A stretch of 63,465 bases of DNA, filler included, from Basidioascus undulatus (Eukaryota): the NCBI GenBank assembly GCA_000826855.1. It is 9 parts of 9 records of this genome, joined end to end, with 100 filler letters (N's around TTAATTAATTAA, not from the genome) between each part and the next. Parts side by side here need not be neighbours in the genome. Positions count along the whole stretch, not along the records: positions 49,486 to 56,438 come from JTLS01001647.1; positions 56,539 to 63,465 come from JTLS01001649.1; 7 more parts are not named here. The stretch is one strand, 5' to 3'. A model generated the notes under the pieces. That model had not been told where the DNA came from. It saw only the letters and a program-made list of their open reading frames with translations, and did not search any database. Numbering within the stretch: the stretch's first letter is position 1; every line of letters begins with the position of its first letter. The translations under genes and the position numbers were made by a program. This document shows positions 50,646 to 62,817 of this stretch, piece after piece.

Positions 50646-51950
50646 ATGTCCGCCTCCTCACCCCTCCGCTACCGCGACATCGTCACCATCCGGGCCCCCT
50701 CGTACCCCGACGCTGCGCTCAGCCCCACACCACCAGGCTTGAACACCGTCACAGTAAACGGTCTCCCGTTCAGCTTCGTGCAGCGGCACAATCACACAGA
50801 GGCTACAGCGCGAGGCTCTTCTCGATCTGCCGCTGCCGCCGCGCGTCACCTATCGCTGCCACCAGTTCCTGTTCGATGTCAAAGAGGCTCCTGAAAGGGA
50901 GAGAGGGTTCAAAAACGAGGCTTTCGCCGCGTGAGCAGTTCCTCTCCGTCAACGGGCTTGATTCCCGGCGTGGGCGGACCGCTGGCTCTTGTCGTCTCAG
51001 AAGGACGCTTCTCGCCCGTATCCTGGACCCCGTCCATGAGATCGTCAACGAATGGGTCACGGAGTGCACAAAGCCTTACGCGAGCTATTGGTCCCTCATT
51101 CGGGAGCACGCTTTGAAAGACGGCCAGGGTGAGCCAGCCCAACAGCCGATCGCATGTCGCGTCCTTCCCCTGACATTTCCTTCTTCTTCGATCTGGTAGC
51201 CTTCTTGCAATCCGACTCTATATTTGCTCTGGGGTAAGTCTGACGTCCCATATTCGGCTCTTGTGACTGATGTGCGGTGAAGGAGGTCGGAAGGAGATAA
51301 GGGCACCGACAAGATGCGGTGGCACGACAATCTGTCCCCGCAAGCAGTCGAGCCTGGTCAAGCGTATCCGGTCTGCACTGAAAGTCAAGGTGCGCAGGGC
51401 CTCCATGATCTAAGTCCCCGACACCACTCGACTGTTTTCGTACTCCGAATGTGCAGCGGGCGGGCACCATCAGGTTCAGCGACTTCAGCTTGCCGGGCGG
51501 CTCCTCAGACGACTACGAAGGCTACGCCAAGACGATCCTCAAGGATATGAGGCACTTATGGTCGCTGTTATCCCTCTGGCGAGCACATCACGTCGCACAG
51601 GTCATGCCAACCGCGTCGATATGCAGATACGCCAAGGCCCGCCGCTGCCGCCGAGTCATCCTCACCGACTCTTCGAGATTGGTCTTCTTAGTGCGCCTAT
51701 CCAAGTTTTATTCTGGAGATTCAGGCCGCTGAAGCAAGGGGGGTGGCGGGACAGCGCTTCAAGGACCCGAATGCCGCTGAGCCTGTGGCGGACCTGTTCA
51801 TCGCGACGGTCGACAACGCGCCTCAGCGCCTGTTCTGGTTCCTCTGGGACGGCTTGCTCGAGTACGGCCTGCCCGACCGTCCCTATGCTCGTTGTTCTTG
51901 CTCACGCCTCGTCCTTCGCTATACCCGCTGTTTTCTTTTCTCTCGCGTCT
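50646..51950 (+). pseudogene. Frameshifted gene with a putative PD-(D/E)xK (restriction-endonuclease-like) motif set
   Basis: GTDKMRW...PVCTE(fs)VKV then ICRYAKARRCRRVILTD and LFWFLWDGL; several frameshifts and stops. Confidence 0.4.
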
Positions 51951-52617
51951 TTATCTCGCGTCGCTATTCCGGCCGTTTTTGTCCCCCCAATTTGTTCCGC
52001 ATTTGTCCTGTATCGTGCTTCCCTCGGTCAATTTCTGATTTTTCTTCCACCGCGGTACTGCTGTGCTATGTGGCAGCCACTTGTCCGACGCGCTTGTTCT
52101 ACGTCTACTAGCAGCTGCGCTGGTCCTAACCGAGAACCATGAGATGATATAAAGACAGCGTCCATGCCTTCGAGCGAGAAACATCCAAAGTCTTCTCTGC
52201 ATCACAACGCCGCAGAATCGCCTAGGCAACGCAGTATGTTAGTCAGCGAACATCGGGGCAACACAGACTGTTGTCCCCGAAGTAGCAACGGCAGGGTCGG
52301 GGGCGTGCTGGCGTCTCTCGGTGGTGCTGATATGTTGCACCCCACATTGTCCTACCTCCAACAAGTCTGTGCCATCGACTGTGTGCACCGGCTTGCTTGA
52401 CAGACACAGACATCAATCCTCCGACCTCGCGTGCATGCAGCTGAGCGGCCGCACGCATGCGAACCAGAGACTCAACACAATTCCTTTTAGATTGAATCTG
52501 ATGTTGAGTATTATATGCGAAAGTATTATCAAGTGCGAAAGAGAGTAGTGCACTGATGATAATCTTATGTCAGAGGCATTAACAGACTCAAAGAAAATCT
52601 TCACGACACATGCATAT

Positions 52618-52707
52618 CTCTCCTTAGCTCAGTTGGAAGAGCGCGAGACTGTAATGTTAAAACTCCAGTTCATCTTGAGGTCCCTGGTTCGATCCCGGGA
52701 GGGGAGA
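52618..52707 (+). tRNA. tRNA-Tyr(GTA) with 17-nt intron (52655-52671)
   Basis: CTCTCCTTAGCTCAGTTGGAAGAGCGCGAGACTGTAA[intron]ATCTTGAGGTCCCTGGTTCGATCCCGGGAGGGGAGA, followed by a T7 Pol III terminator. Confidence 0.96.
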
Positions 52708-52999
52708 TTTTTTTAAACATCCTCCCAGGCTGGAGCTCCTTCCGAACCACGCATTGGACGGCTGAGCAATGTCATCCGCCGTCTTTCTGCCATAAATAGT
52801 CCGCTTGTTTGGACTTGCAAATACCGGTCTGATCATACAGCTGACTTCCGTTGCGAAGTTGCAAGTTGGTTTCACTGTCCCGCGCTCGGTGTACACGTCG
52901 TAGGCCAGTGCCAGGTCGCCTGGGCTGTCGACTGGGCTGCCTTGATGTCTTCAAGGTGAGCCCGTCCGCATTCCTCAGTTGATATGTCGCGTTGCAGAT

Positions 53000-54136
53000 C
53001 GACGTTTTTAAGTATCCCGTGCCCGGCGGCTTGATGTGCGCAAGTGTATGATCGACGGGCTGCATGTGCGAAAATTGGGCGATCGCGGATGCCGCTGTCG
53101 CCGTGTTAACGTCTCTTGCGCAGCCAACACTGCCCCAACGCAAAAGTCTTCCACGCTACAGCTCGACTGGTTGATTCGGGGGTTTCGACCAGGCGCTCTC
53201 ACGCTTCGGTGACCGTCGCCCAGCGATCGTTGACGAGCGTTACAAGCGCGCAGGCCTCCTTTGCAGGTTTCTCTCAAACCTCGAAGTCCTCATACTGTAC
53301 GAGCCTTATAACCCTACCCGTGACTCTTGGGCCTCGCCTATGTGTCTCCCTTCGATCGGGCGAGCAGTGTCGGCCCACCTTCGAGTGCTCAAGGGCATCA
53401 GGGTGTATGGTGTCAGCCCTGCGGCGCTTGTCGAATGGCTCGAGCTGTTTCAAAACCTCGAGGAGCTTCCGCTGACCATCGCCACGGACGCAATCGATTC
53501 TGATGCCTGCTGAAGACCGTGCAGCCGCTTAGTCTTCCCAATCTCCGTGTCCTCTACTGGAGCGTTTGCAGTGCGTTCAACGGTACTGATGGTAATGACA
53601 GTATCTTGCTCTGCTCGCGAGGGCACGCCTCCCCAGACTGTTCGACTTGCGTATGCAGTACGCTGCCGCGATCTATCCAAAGCATATTGAGGTTGTATTG
53701 GTTGGCGTCGGGGCCACACTTCACAAGCTAAGCCTAGGCCACTCAGACTTGCTCGAATCGCTCGACTTCCTGCCACGCGCTGTCCACGTCTGCGAGTCTC
53801 TCCATCACATCGAGCCCAACAGCGTCTTTCCGTTACGCCGCTCCACTCTTGAGGTTCTCGCGCTGTCGAACCTTTTAAGTTGGCACGTTTGCCCTGGCGG
53901 ATCCATTGCAGTCGCTGTGTGGCTCGGACTTGCCGAAGCTCAAACCCGTCGTTCTCAACGATAGGGACTTCGATTCGCTGGTGGACTACCATTTCATGAA
54001 AGATTGCTCCATTTACGACGAGATTAGTGATGCGGTCACAAGCACCTTGGGCCGCGCGGAGCTGCGCGACATGTATGGCCGGGTATGGGCAGAGTGGCGT
54101 GCTAGAGTCTTTGATATGGATTTTGCACACTTATAA
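53000..54136 (+). pseudogene. RNI-like LRR (F-box-type) protein remnant; 5' boundary approximate
   Basis: FLSNLEVLIL, AHLRVLK, FQNLEEL, SLPNLRVLYW, TLHKLSL, LPKLKPVVL in alternating frames with stops. Confidence 0.5.
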
Positions 54137-55980
54137 ATACAATGCAATACTTTTCTGGCTAGAGTAGTTGGACTGGTGGGGTCGGGCTTCCCGGAATGTG
54201 GAAGATGCGCTCTTCAGCTGCCCTTCATCGTTCATTTGCCCTTGACTTCCGGGCTTCATCCGCCCGTAACTTTTACACAAGTTTAGCCTCTCCTAAAAGG
54301 ATTGAGAAGTCATGACCTCCTGGTTCCTCGAAAGTTTACTCTAGGGATGCCGAACAGGAATGTAAACGCCATTTTACCGTTCCTTGTCAGCCTGCCCTTC
54401 TTCTGTTCACGCTTGGACGTCGATAGCAACTGATTTTAAATTTCATTCTTTTAGGAGGTCCTCGGTGAATCTGACTATCCTACGCCATGGCAACGACTCG
54501 AATTGTGGGCAGGGCTAGCTGTGCAGCGGGTTTCCTTTTCGTTCAAGGACCTTGCTTTACGCCGGGCAGGTAAAAGTCTGAGAAATATAAATCAAGGTTA
54601 GTACCCAATTAATCACTGACAGATGTTGCTTTCGCCCATCACCCCTCTCGCAGCTCGAGCTCGACTGGGCGCGCTGCCACTGCTGCCTCGGGTCGGGACT
54701 GCACATTGTGCGTGCTGTCAAGCCGTACAGAGGAGTTTCAGCATGGGTGGGAGCGAAAAATATGAGGAGGTGCCTGATAGGACTTTTCCTTCTTTTGACG
54801 AGGAGCTGGGCAAGGACAGGGCTGACACGCCAGCTGCAGAGCGGCCTGATAGGTATTGTAGGTTTAGACATGAAGTTTTTTGGCTTGGAGTGGAGTACCA
54901 TTCTCAACTCGGTGCCCATGCACAGTGTTGATACTTGCCGCATCGGCAAGGCTACAGCGTTGCTGCCGGACGTCGTGTCTTCGGGGATGATCACTTATCT
55001 TAAACTGTCAAAACCTTCAGAGTTAGTATCTTCTTGCAATATAACTCAAAGCCTTTCATAACGGTACAACGGCCACAAACTTGAGTCTACCTTGAACGCG
55101 AGCTTCAGGCGGAATACCCAACTCTCAATGAACTTGTTCGTCGCCCTTACATCGCTGGCAACCGGATGAGGGGTGATACGAGTTAAAGAAAGGGTGTGTG
55201 CTATGTATAGTGGTTAGCGTCTAGCCGCAAGAATGAAAGACCTCTGTGTCCGCGTGGGCACTGCGCAGACTGCATAGTACTCAACCTTCCTCTCCAGTAC
55301 TGGCAGTCACTCCGCCCGAGACACCTTTCCCTCCATCCGACGTCTTCCACGTTCATCTGACATTGAATCACAGGTCTTACTGAGATAGAATCTAACTCAT
55401 CATCACCCCCTCTCCGGTGCCACCCGCTGAGTCTTCAAACTCGGCAGTTAGCCAGGTCAAAGCGGGCTTATCTTGGATGGTCATCCAGGAAGGGCAGAGC
55501 TTCCTGTGACTGGAACTCCCCCGAAGAAAAACATTTAGTTGAGCGTAATGAGAGATGCACTTTCAACACAGACTATACTCACGGCCACTCAATCGTCACC
55601 ATGCACAGCTTCCGTCTTCGGCAGCTAACCGTCCCAAGCGTCGGGGGGTTTCTCCCTAAATTACGTAAAAAGGCTTCTTTACAGTCTTTTAATAAGTGAA
55701 AGGAAAAGGACATCACTATTGAACCGCTGGATGAGGCAGCAAGGGTTTGGCATCGTTCGAGAGAAGGTCGAACCCGCTACTCTCGCCTGGCCCCTGGCCA
55801 GTTCGTTTTCGAATCGAACAAGGCGACGCGTGCGAGGCGCGTCGCCTTGTTTGCCTTCCTCACGCCTGTCCTTTCGTCTCTCATTTCGCTCCCACCATTC
55901 TCGCTCTATTCTCGTTTCTCCGCCGCCCACCGGCCAGGGCACGGCGCATCGCCCCTCCGGCTCCCATTCCGCACCCGCGC

Positions 55981-56438
55981 ATGTCGTCGAATTTTCTCTA
56001 CGGCACGTTTCAGACGGCACGCGCCGTCCAGCGCACGCCCGACGAGCGTGGCGTCGTTGATGACCCGGCGCAGGACGTCGTGTACGACTCTGAGCCTGAG
56101 CGGGTGGCAACAAGGAAGGCGCGCAGGCGGGAGAAGCGGGCTGAGCGCGAGAGGGAGAAGGAGAAGGTCGCGGGGCAGGGAAATGTCAAGCGGGCGAGGA
56201 CGTCGGCGGAGGTTGTGCAGATTGAGAGCAGCGGCGGGGAGGACAACGCGGACGGCAGCAGCTTGAAGGATTTTGTCGGCAGGTTCAGGCATGGGCCTGC
56301 GCAGGCTGACGGAGGACAGGGCCCGATCGAGATCGACTCGTCCTCGGTGTCGTCCGCGTCGTCAATGTCGACCGCCTCGTCCTCGTCCACTCGCTCCAAG
56401 AGCACCCGCACCTCCCCTACCCCCCCCACGCTCCCTCC
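55981..56438 (+). CDS. N-terminus of a hypothetical, probably nuclear protein (3' truncated)
   Basis: Open frame MSSNFLYG...VVYDSEPER...RKARRREKR (basic, NLS-like) and Ser-rich tract running into the linker. Confidence 0.5.
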
Positions 56439-56538
56439 NNNNNNNNNNNNNNNNNNNNNNNNNNNNNNNNNNNNNNNNNNNNTTAATTAATTAANNNNNN
56501 NNNNNNNNNNNNNNNNNNNNNNNNNNNNNNNNNNNNNN
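56439..56538. other. Artificial contig linker
   Basis: N44-TTAATTAATTAA-N44. Confidence 0.98.
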
Positions 56539-56619
56539 GTCGCTGGGCGGAATCGAACTGCCGTCTTCACGGGTCAAAGTAACCACAACGTGATGTACTA
56601 ACCACTATACTACAGCGAC
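56539..56619 (-). tRNA. tRNA-His(GTG) with ~10-nt intron, at contig edge
   Basis: Reverse complement GTCGCTGTAGTATAGTGGTTAGTACATCACGTTGTGG[TTACTTTGAC]CCGTGAAGACGGCAGTTCGATTCCGCCCAGCGAC; perfect acceptor and anticodon stems. Confidence 0.9.
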
Positions 56620-57165
56620 GATACTTTTTCGTTCTCGTTTATCTCTCAGGCCCAATCGGCTATCAGCTCAGTGCGGCGGGGATCAAGGAGGTGGTTGGAA
56701 AGGGGGGCATGAAACGACTAAACGGTAGCGAATGGACCCGCAACTTGTTCAATTCCGTACTCCCGTCTCTTGTAGCTCGAGTGGCGCAGAGCTGTTCGCT
56801 ACTTACTATACTTTGTCTCGTTGGCCTGTTCTGGCTTGCCTTCGTACTTTCACCACTCTACCGTCGTCTGGCTGAACCACAACCACTGACCCTTTCGCGC
56901 TCGATCATATTCACCTCAATAAAATCAAAAGACAGCTTCCCCTCCTTCCCACGCTCCCCGGCGACATAGCCTTCATCCGGCACCCATACCCTGGTGCTTC
57001 TCCCTCTTCGGCGCGCCCGCCCGTGGCTGTACTCCCAGTCCATCTCTCGGACACCCCTCTCCCATAGTGTGTCCTATCCCAAAAATCTTGGCGACGGCTA
57101 ACCCTCCTCATCAACAGCGTTCGCCTGGCTCACTGGCGTTGCCGCTCATCGCGTGATTCTCGACC

Positions 57166-58613
57166 ATGGCGAGCAACTTCTGGCTCTCATCACATTGGTT
57201 CGTCGGTAGACTCCGGCACATCATGGAATGAAGTCTGAATCTTTTTTCGCCGCTTCTTCGCCCACAGCAACTACTGGCTCGTTGACCGGGACACGCTACG
57301 ACGCGCGCGGGACCTCGACCGCAAGTACGCGACGGACCGACAGCTCGCGTGCATCGGCATCTGGTGCGCGAACGGTGAGTCGTCATCGATGTTATCAACC
57401 CGTTTACAGGAACATGCTTACCCCTCTGCGATGGTTCGTATTCAGTGCTGCACAAGCTTACGCGCCGGCTGCAGCTCCGCCAGGTCGTCTCCTCAACAGC
57501 GACGACGTTCCTGCGCCGATTCTACCTCAAGAACAGCTATTGCGAGACGGACCCGGCGCTCGTCATCGCTGGCTGCGTCTACCTCGCCGCCAAGATCGAG
57601 GAGTGCCCCGTGCACGTCAAGAGCGTCGTGACCGAGGCGAGGGCGGTCTTTCAAGGTTCGCGCTCTCCCCACACATCCTCACGGCGGCCTTCGCGCTGAC
57701 GCGATCGAGGACTTCAGAGTTCCACATCAAGCTCCCGTCCGACAACTCGACGCTGGCGGAGATGGAATTTTACCTCCTCGAGGACCTCGACTTCCACCTT
57801 GTCGTCTTCCACCCGTACCGCACGCTTGTCTCGCTCTGTGGCAAGGAGACGAACGCGCCACAAGAAGACTTGGGCACGGCGAAGGGAGGAGGAGATGCGG
57901 AGCTGGGCGAAGCAGCGGAAGGGCAGTATTTGGATATCGATGATCAGGGATTGCAGCTTGCCTGGTACGCCCGTCACCCGCGGTTGCCCAGTTCCGCTTA
58001 CTAACGCGGCCTGATCGACTCTCCGTGGAGGTTCGTCATCAACGACACCTACCGCTCCGACCTTCCCCTCCTCCATCCTCCGCATCTCATCGCCGTCGCG
58101 GCTCTCTACCTCGCGCTCGTCCTGTACCCGCCCGCCCGCGCCAAGCTGGCGCCCGCCCTGTCAGCCGCCAACCCCCCCACACCCGCCGCCGCCCCACCGG
58201 CAAAGCACCACGCGACGCGTTCGACCCCCGTGCCAACACCGACGCCTGCCGATGCGACGCTCGACTTCCTCGCTAAGCTCAATGTGAACCTCGCGATCGT
58301 GGCCGAGATCGCGGCGGAGATGGTCGCGCTGTACGAAGTCTGGGACGCGTTCGAGAACGCTCCGGAGTTCCTACGCGCTGGGAAGCCGCCGTCTGCGCCT
58401 CCGGCTAAGACGGTCGATCTCGAGGTCGCGGAATTGCTGGTCAGGATGAGGACGGAGAGAGAACGGGACCTCGCGCATCCGCCAGCCGGGTCCGTCTCCG
58501 GAGCAGGAGAAGCGGCGGGGGAGATCCTGGCTGCCGAACCTCCGCCCACGCCGGTAAATAAGGGGAAGAAGGCGGTTGATAGGAGAGTGAGGAGCGTCGC
58601 CGGGAGGGGTTGA
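57166..58613 (+). CDS. SSN8: Cyclin C (Mediator CDK8-module cyclin, Ssn8/Srb11)
   Basis: MASNFWLSSH, LRQVVSSTATTFLRRFYLKNSYCETDP...CVYLAAKIEECPVH, LAEMEFYLLEDLDFHLVVFHPYRTL, AW|FVINDTYRSDLPLLHPPHLIAVAALYL. Confidence 0.95.
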
Positions 58614-58993
58614 TATTCATTGCGTTTCCGCTGCGCCTTTGTATGGTCTTTGCGACAGAGCCGAGTGATCTTCTCCGAATTAAGAAACTCAGGATATGGT
58701 GCGCTCGTTTACGTCTGCTATCAGTCAAAATTTCGCGCTGTGTGCATCGATCTGAAGTGCCACCCAACTTGATTGACATGTCGCTTGACGGGACGCGCCT
58801 GGCAGCCGTAGTTAATCAGGCGCGTCGCGTTCGCGCGTCTTGCCTTTCGACGTTCGTCTTCCTCCTTCGCACGCACCCGCAATCGTTTCGTTCTCCAGCC
58901 TGCAGCTCGGTATGGCAGCATTCAACGCTATGGGCACTGGCCCTGGAGCGGCGGTTCTCAACAACGCTGTCATTCTTGTGAGTCGAGACTAGG

Positions 58994-60048
58994 ATGTCTA
59001 CAGATCGACTGTGTGACGCTCGCTGACCTTCGTCCGACGCGTCTTCGCAGGATCTCATTTTCGAGAACCTTGCCATGGACGACCTGTGCCTGCTCAGCGG
59101 GACGTCGCGTCAGCTTCGGAGAGCCATCCACAGGCACTTGCGCTGCTCGTACCGGGCACTGCTGGTGTGATACGCGCCGCACTCGCCGGACCACTTCCTC
59201 GTGCTCCTCCTCGCAATGCAGAGCTACATCAGCAGCGAGTCAGCACTGTTGTTCATAGTCCCCAGTGCATTCGCTGCGAGCGACCTGGACATCTACGTCC
59301 CCTGCAGCATGCTCGAGATCGTCCAGAAGCATCTGGTCAAGACGGAGGGTACGAGAAGGGCGAGGACTGGGTTATGGAGCACTATCTCGCTGACCCCTCG
59401 CAGCAGGGCAGCATCAATCGCGGCATGCATCTGACCAAGGACGGGTGGAAGATCGACATTCTCGAGTCGAAAACCATGCTGAATTCGCCCAAAATTTCAG
59501 CTACGTTTACGGCTTGGGCAGTCCGGCAGTCTCAAGAGGTGGTTTCGGCAACTGACCAGCGGCATTGTGGGGAACAGGACACAAACAAGCCCATCACTGA
59601 ATTCATACCGCCTTCCCTACCCTTGTCAGCACAGATAGCTGTGCTGATCATGGGATCACGCTGTGCCCAGACAGCCCCCTCCTGCATGATGAACATGCTC
59701 GCAGCATGTGCGATCTGCTTCTACCCGCAGTACACACTTGTCAACCAATGGAACATACGCTCAGCTTCCATCCCTGCCGGCATCAACAGCAGCGAGAAGA
59801 ACTGGCGCTGCCTCGAGTACAACGCACGCGGGTTCCAGCTCCAGTGGGAGGACACCATTGTCCAGCTGACGATCACTGCGTACCGCGAGAGGAGGTACCC
59901 GATGCTCAGTGTGCCTCTCATTGACCTCGATGAGTGGGACTGGCTTCTCGAGCTGGAGGACATGATGAGGGATCTGAAGTTCAGTATTGGGCACTCCGGG
60001 AACCGTTTCTGCACTATCGTCATGCGTGAGTATGCGGGCCAATCATAG
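58994..60048 (+). pseudogene. F-box-like N-terminus plus polymerase-beta-like nucleotidyltransferase-type domain, disrupted
   Basis: DLIFENLAMDDLCLLSGTSRQLR, ISSESALLF...SDLDIYV, KIDILES, PITEF, MMN...FYPQYTL, EYNARGF; stop at 59168 and frameshift near 59349. Confidence 0.6.
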
Positions 60049-60967
60049 GGATGATTGCGCACTGCTGTCATTTCGTGAGACAGATTCACCAGGAGCAGTG
60101 GTTCATTGTGCAGCACATGCTCAAGGCTCGGGGCAAGTCTGCTTGGGGTCGCAGTACGATATCAGAAGAGTATGCATATGGATTGTCGGTTGGAGATGCT
60201 TGCAATCGAGCGGTGGAATCTTCGAGAGCGGCTCTCGAACCCATATTCTGCCTTAGCTTTCTCGTTGCGATAGGATGTGCAGCCAAAAGAGGCGCTTACG
60301 CTTACAAAGCAGCACCCGGATTGCGAGCACGTCTCGCTTTGTTCCACCCGTCTCTGAGAAAGCATTGTGTCTGATCCGCACAGAAATGTAGAGGACGAAA
60401 AAACTTATGGTTCAGTTGCTGCTTTACAAGTTCAATGGGTCTGCAAGCATCGATGGTTGCACCTTGTCATGTCTCCCAGACCACTTCTTTGCGACGTTTG
60501 ACCTTAACTGATATGGAGTTTCGAGCTTAAAGAATCCCGGTGTTTGATAGAATGAGGGCACCCTGGACACGGACAACTTCTCGAAAGCCGCTGCGAGAAC
60601 GTGCAAAAAGTGTGAGTCACTTTCCTCCTCGACGTAAGTGTCATTGCCCGACGGGTTGTGAGAAAAGGGTAGAAGAACCGAAATCCTCAAGGGTTCCAAA
60701 AAGCCTGTGAGTGACAAGATGGTGCTCAGACGTTGGTGCTGCGCATTGATGAGCACTTGCGAAGAATCTTGAACCCCACCGGCCATTGTCGCTGTCGGAC
60801 AACCAGGCCGGAGAAACAGGCCCAGTGTTCACTCGCTCCTCCCATATGATTCCAATCAATGCCATAAAATGCGAAAGCCAACCCCCACAGCGCCACAACC
60901 AATCTTCCACAGCCCAACTTCCCCCTTCCCACAGTTCCCACAGCCTTTCCAATCCCCCTCTCCCCCC

Positions 60968-61630
60968 TCACACCTCCGGCATCCCCGAGTACCCCGACGG
61001 GCGGAGCCCGTAAGCGTGCGAGTGTCCTACCACCGGCGGGGGCGTGTATCCCGCGCTCGGCGGGGGCGGGGACTGCGGGTAGGCTGGGGCGGGCGTGGGC
61101 GGGAAGGAGGCGGGGTTGGAGGGGTCGTCTGAGGAGGATAGCACATAGTCATCTCAGTTTCAGCTCAAAGGAAGGATGAGGATAGGAGCACGCACAAGGT
61201 ATGAGGCTCCCTCCTCCGTACTGCTGCTGGTACCCGAGCGACACATGCGTGCCCGCCGAGGGGAGCGAGCTCTCGTACTTCTCGCTCATGAACGGCCTGA
61301 CCTCCGGGGAAGCGGTGGGGGGAGGGACGTGCTCGAAGAGGGGACCGGAGGCGGATTCGTTGTAGGGCTCGTCGACGGCGCATGTGAGCTTGGGCGACGC
61401 GCGGCGCTTCTTGCGGAATAGAAGGATGGCGAGAAGGGCGAGGAGGAGGAGGAGGATGAGGCTGTGGATTGGAAGGGGGTTCAGTCGGTGGGTTATGGGG
61501 GGGAGGGGAAGGAGAGGATGTACCCGCCGACACTGCTGTCTCCTACGTGAAAGCGTCAGCGCGGTGTCCCTCGCAGGTAATGGGTTGAACTCACCCCCCA
61601 GCAATAGCTCCCACCGCCACCTTCTTTCCT
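60968..61630 (-). pseudogene. 3' half (TM helix and cytoplasmic tail) of a basidiomycete type I membrane protein
   Basis: KKVAVGAIAG|GDSSVG|LILLLLLALLAILLFRKKRR...|YDPSNPASFP...GYSGMPEV*; no signal peptide or start upstream on this strand. Confidence 0.65.
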
Positions 61631-61933
61631 TCTCCCTTCTGCTCCTCTAAAGCAAGGGCATAGCTGGCTTTATTAACTCACCCTGTCCACCTCAGAATCA
61701 TTTATTTCCGACTTCCAGGACGCCCCCACACACCACGACCGGGAGACATGCGCGCAGGCGGTGCAGTCCAGGCACATAAGCGAGACACTGAATGCGCGAC
61801 TGCGTCCCCTTCCGCCCCGCCAGGGCCTTCCCAGTCCGCTCCAGCCTGCCACTCCTCTGTTCTCTATTCCCCATTCGCTTACCTCTAACCATCCTCTCCC
61901 TCTTTTCTTCCCACCATCCTGAGAACTCCAGCG

Positions 61934-62817
61934 ATGCTCCTCCTCGCCCCCCTCCTCCTCCTCCTCCTCGGCCTCTCCGCCCCCGTCGCGGGCCAGAGCT
62001 ACACCACCTCCGCCGTCTGCGATCCGGGGCACGAGTGGATGACCAATTCGAAGGGGTGCGTTTGCAGCCTGCGAGATGGAGCAAGCTTGGGGATGAGGGA
62101 GACGAGGGAGGCTGAAAGGTGGAGTGGGGGGAAACAGGCAGCGCCCGTGCTTGATGGCTGCTTATGCGCAGGGGTCGTGTACGGGGCAAGGTGCGCTGCT
62201 CTCTGACTCTCAGGTGACCGATGCAGGCGAGACTGACTTGTGAACGCGGGGCGGGGGAAGGATGGACCATCCCAGCTCTCCAGGTGCGTTGCAGCACGAC
62301 CTTCAACGGAGTGAACGGGGTACTGACGTTGGGGATGATCCGGGTAGCCCGACCACCTCTACACGGGCCCGTTTGTTTCCCAGGCAAATGTGTACGCAAC
62401 CCCCCCCCCCTTTTCCGTCTCCGCCTGCCACGTTACGGAACACTGACTGCGTCCTGTTTCCGGAGCGCAGCTGCCAGTGCAACTCGATCACGTCCGTCCT
62501 TTCCCCATCCTATCACCCGTCCTCCCTAAGATCCTTAACGATTTCGACCCATTTAATTTCAGATACTCCCTCGCCTCCGCCTGCGGAGCGTGCCAAGGCC
62601 GCGTGTGGAGTTCCTTCGGCGAGTGGACGACCAACTGCACTGCGTCTCAGATCCGGGACGGGGTGTGCGTACGCTGTTTCCCCTTCCTCCACCTCTCACC
62701 TCTCTCCCTCCCCCTCCGGTTCCTTCCTTTCCGTTCTCACCCTAGGTCATCCGGAGCAGGTACAGCCCCCAAGTCCCTCCGCAGACAGTCTTCCCGAAGT
62801 GGGTTTACCTCCCTATC
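61934..62817 (+). pseudogene. 5' half (signal peptide and Cys-rich ectodomain) of a basidiomycete type I membrane protein
   Basis: MLLLAPLLLLLLGLSAPVAG...CDPGHEWMTNSKG|QRPCLMAAYAQGSC|...WTIPAL|...CQCNSIT|YSLASACGACQGRVWSSFGEWTTNC...FPKWVYLP, then unrelated sequence with no TM segment. Confidence 0.7.

Noticed and set aside
55205..55217. GTATAGTGGTTAG, identical to the tRNA-His D-arm/A-box, as a tRNA or SINE
   Set aside because: No B-box (GTTCGA) or cloverleaf follows.
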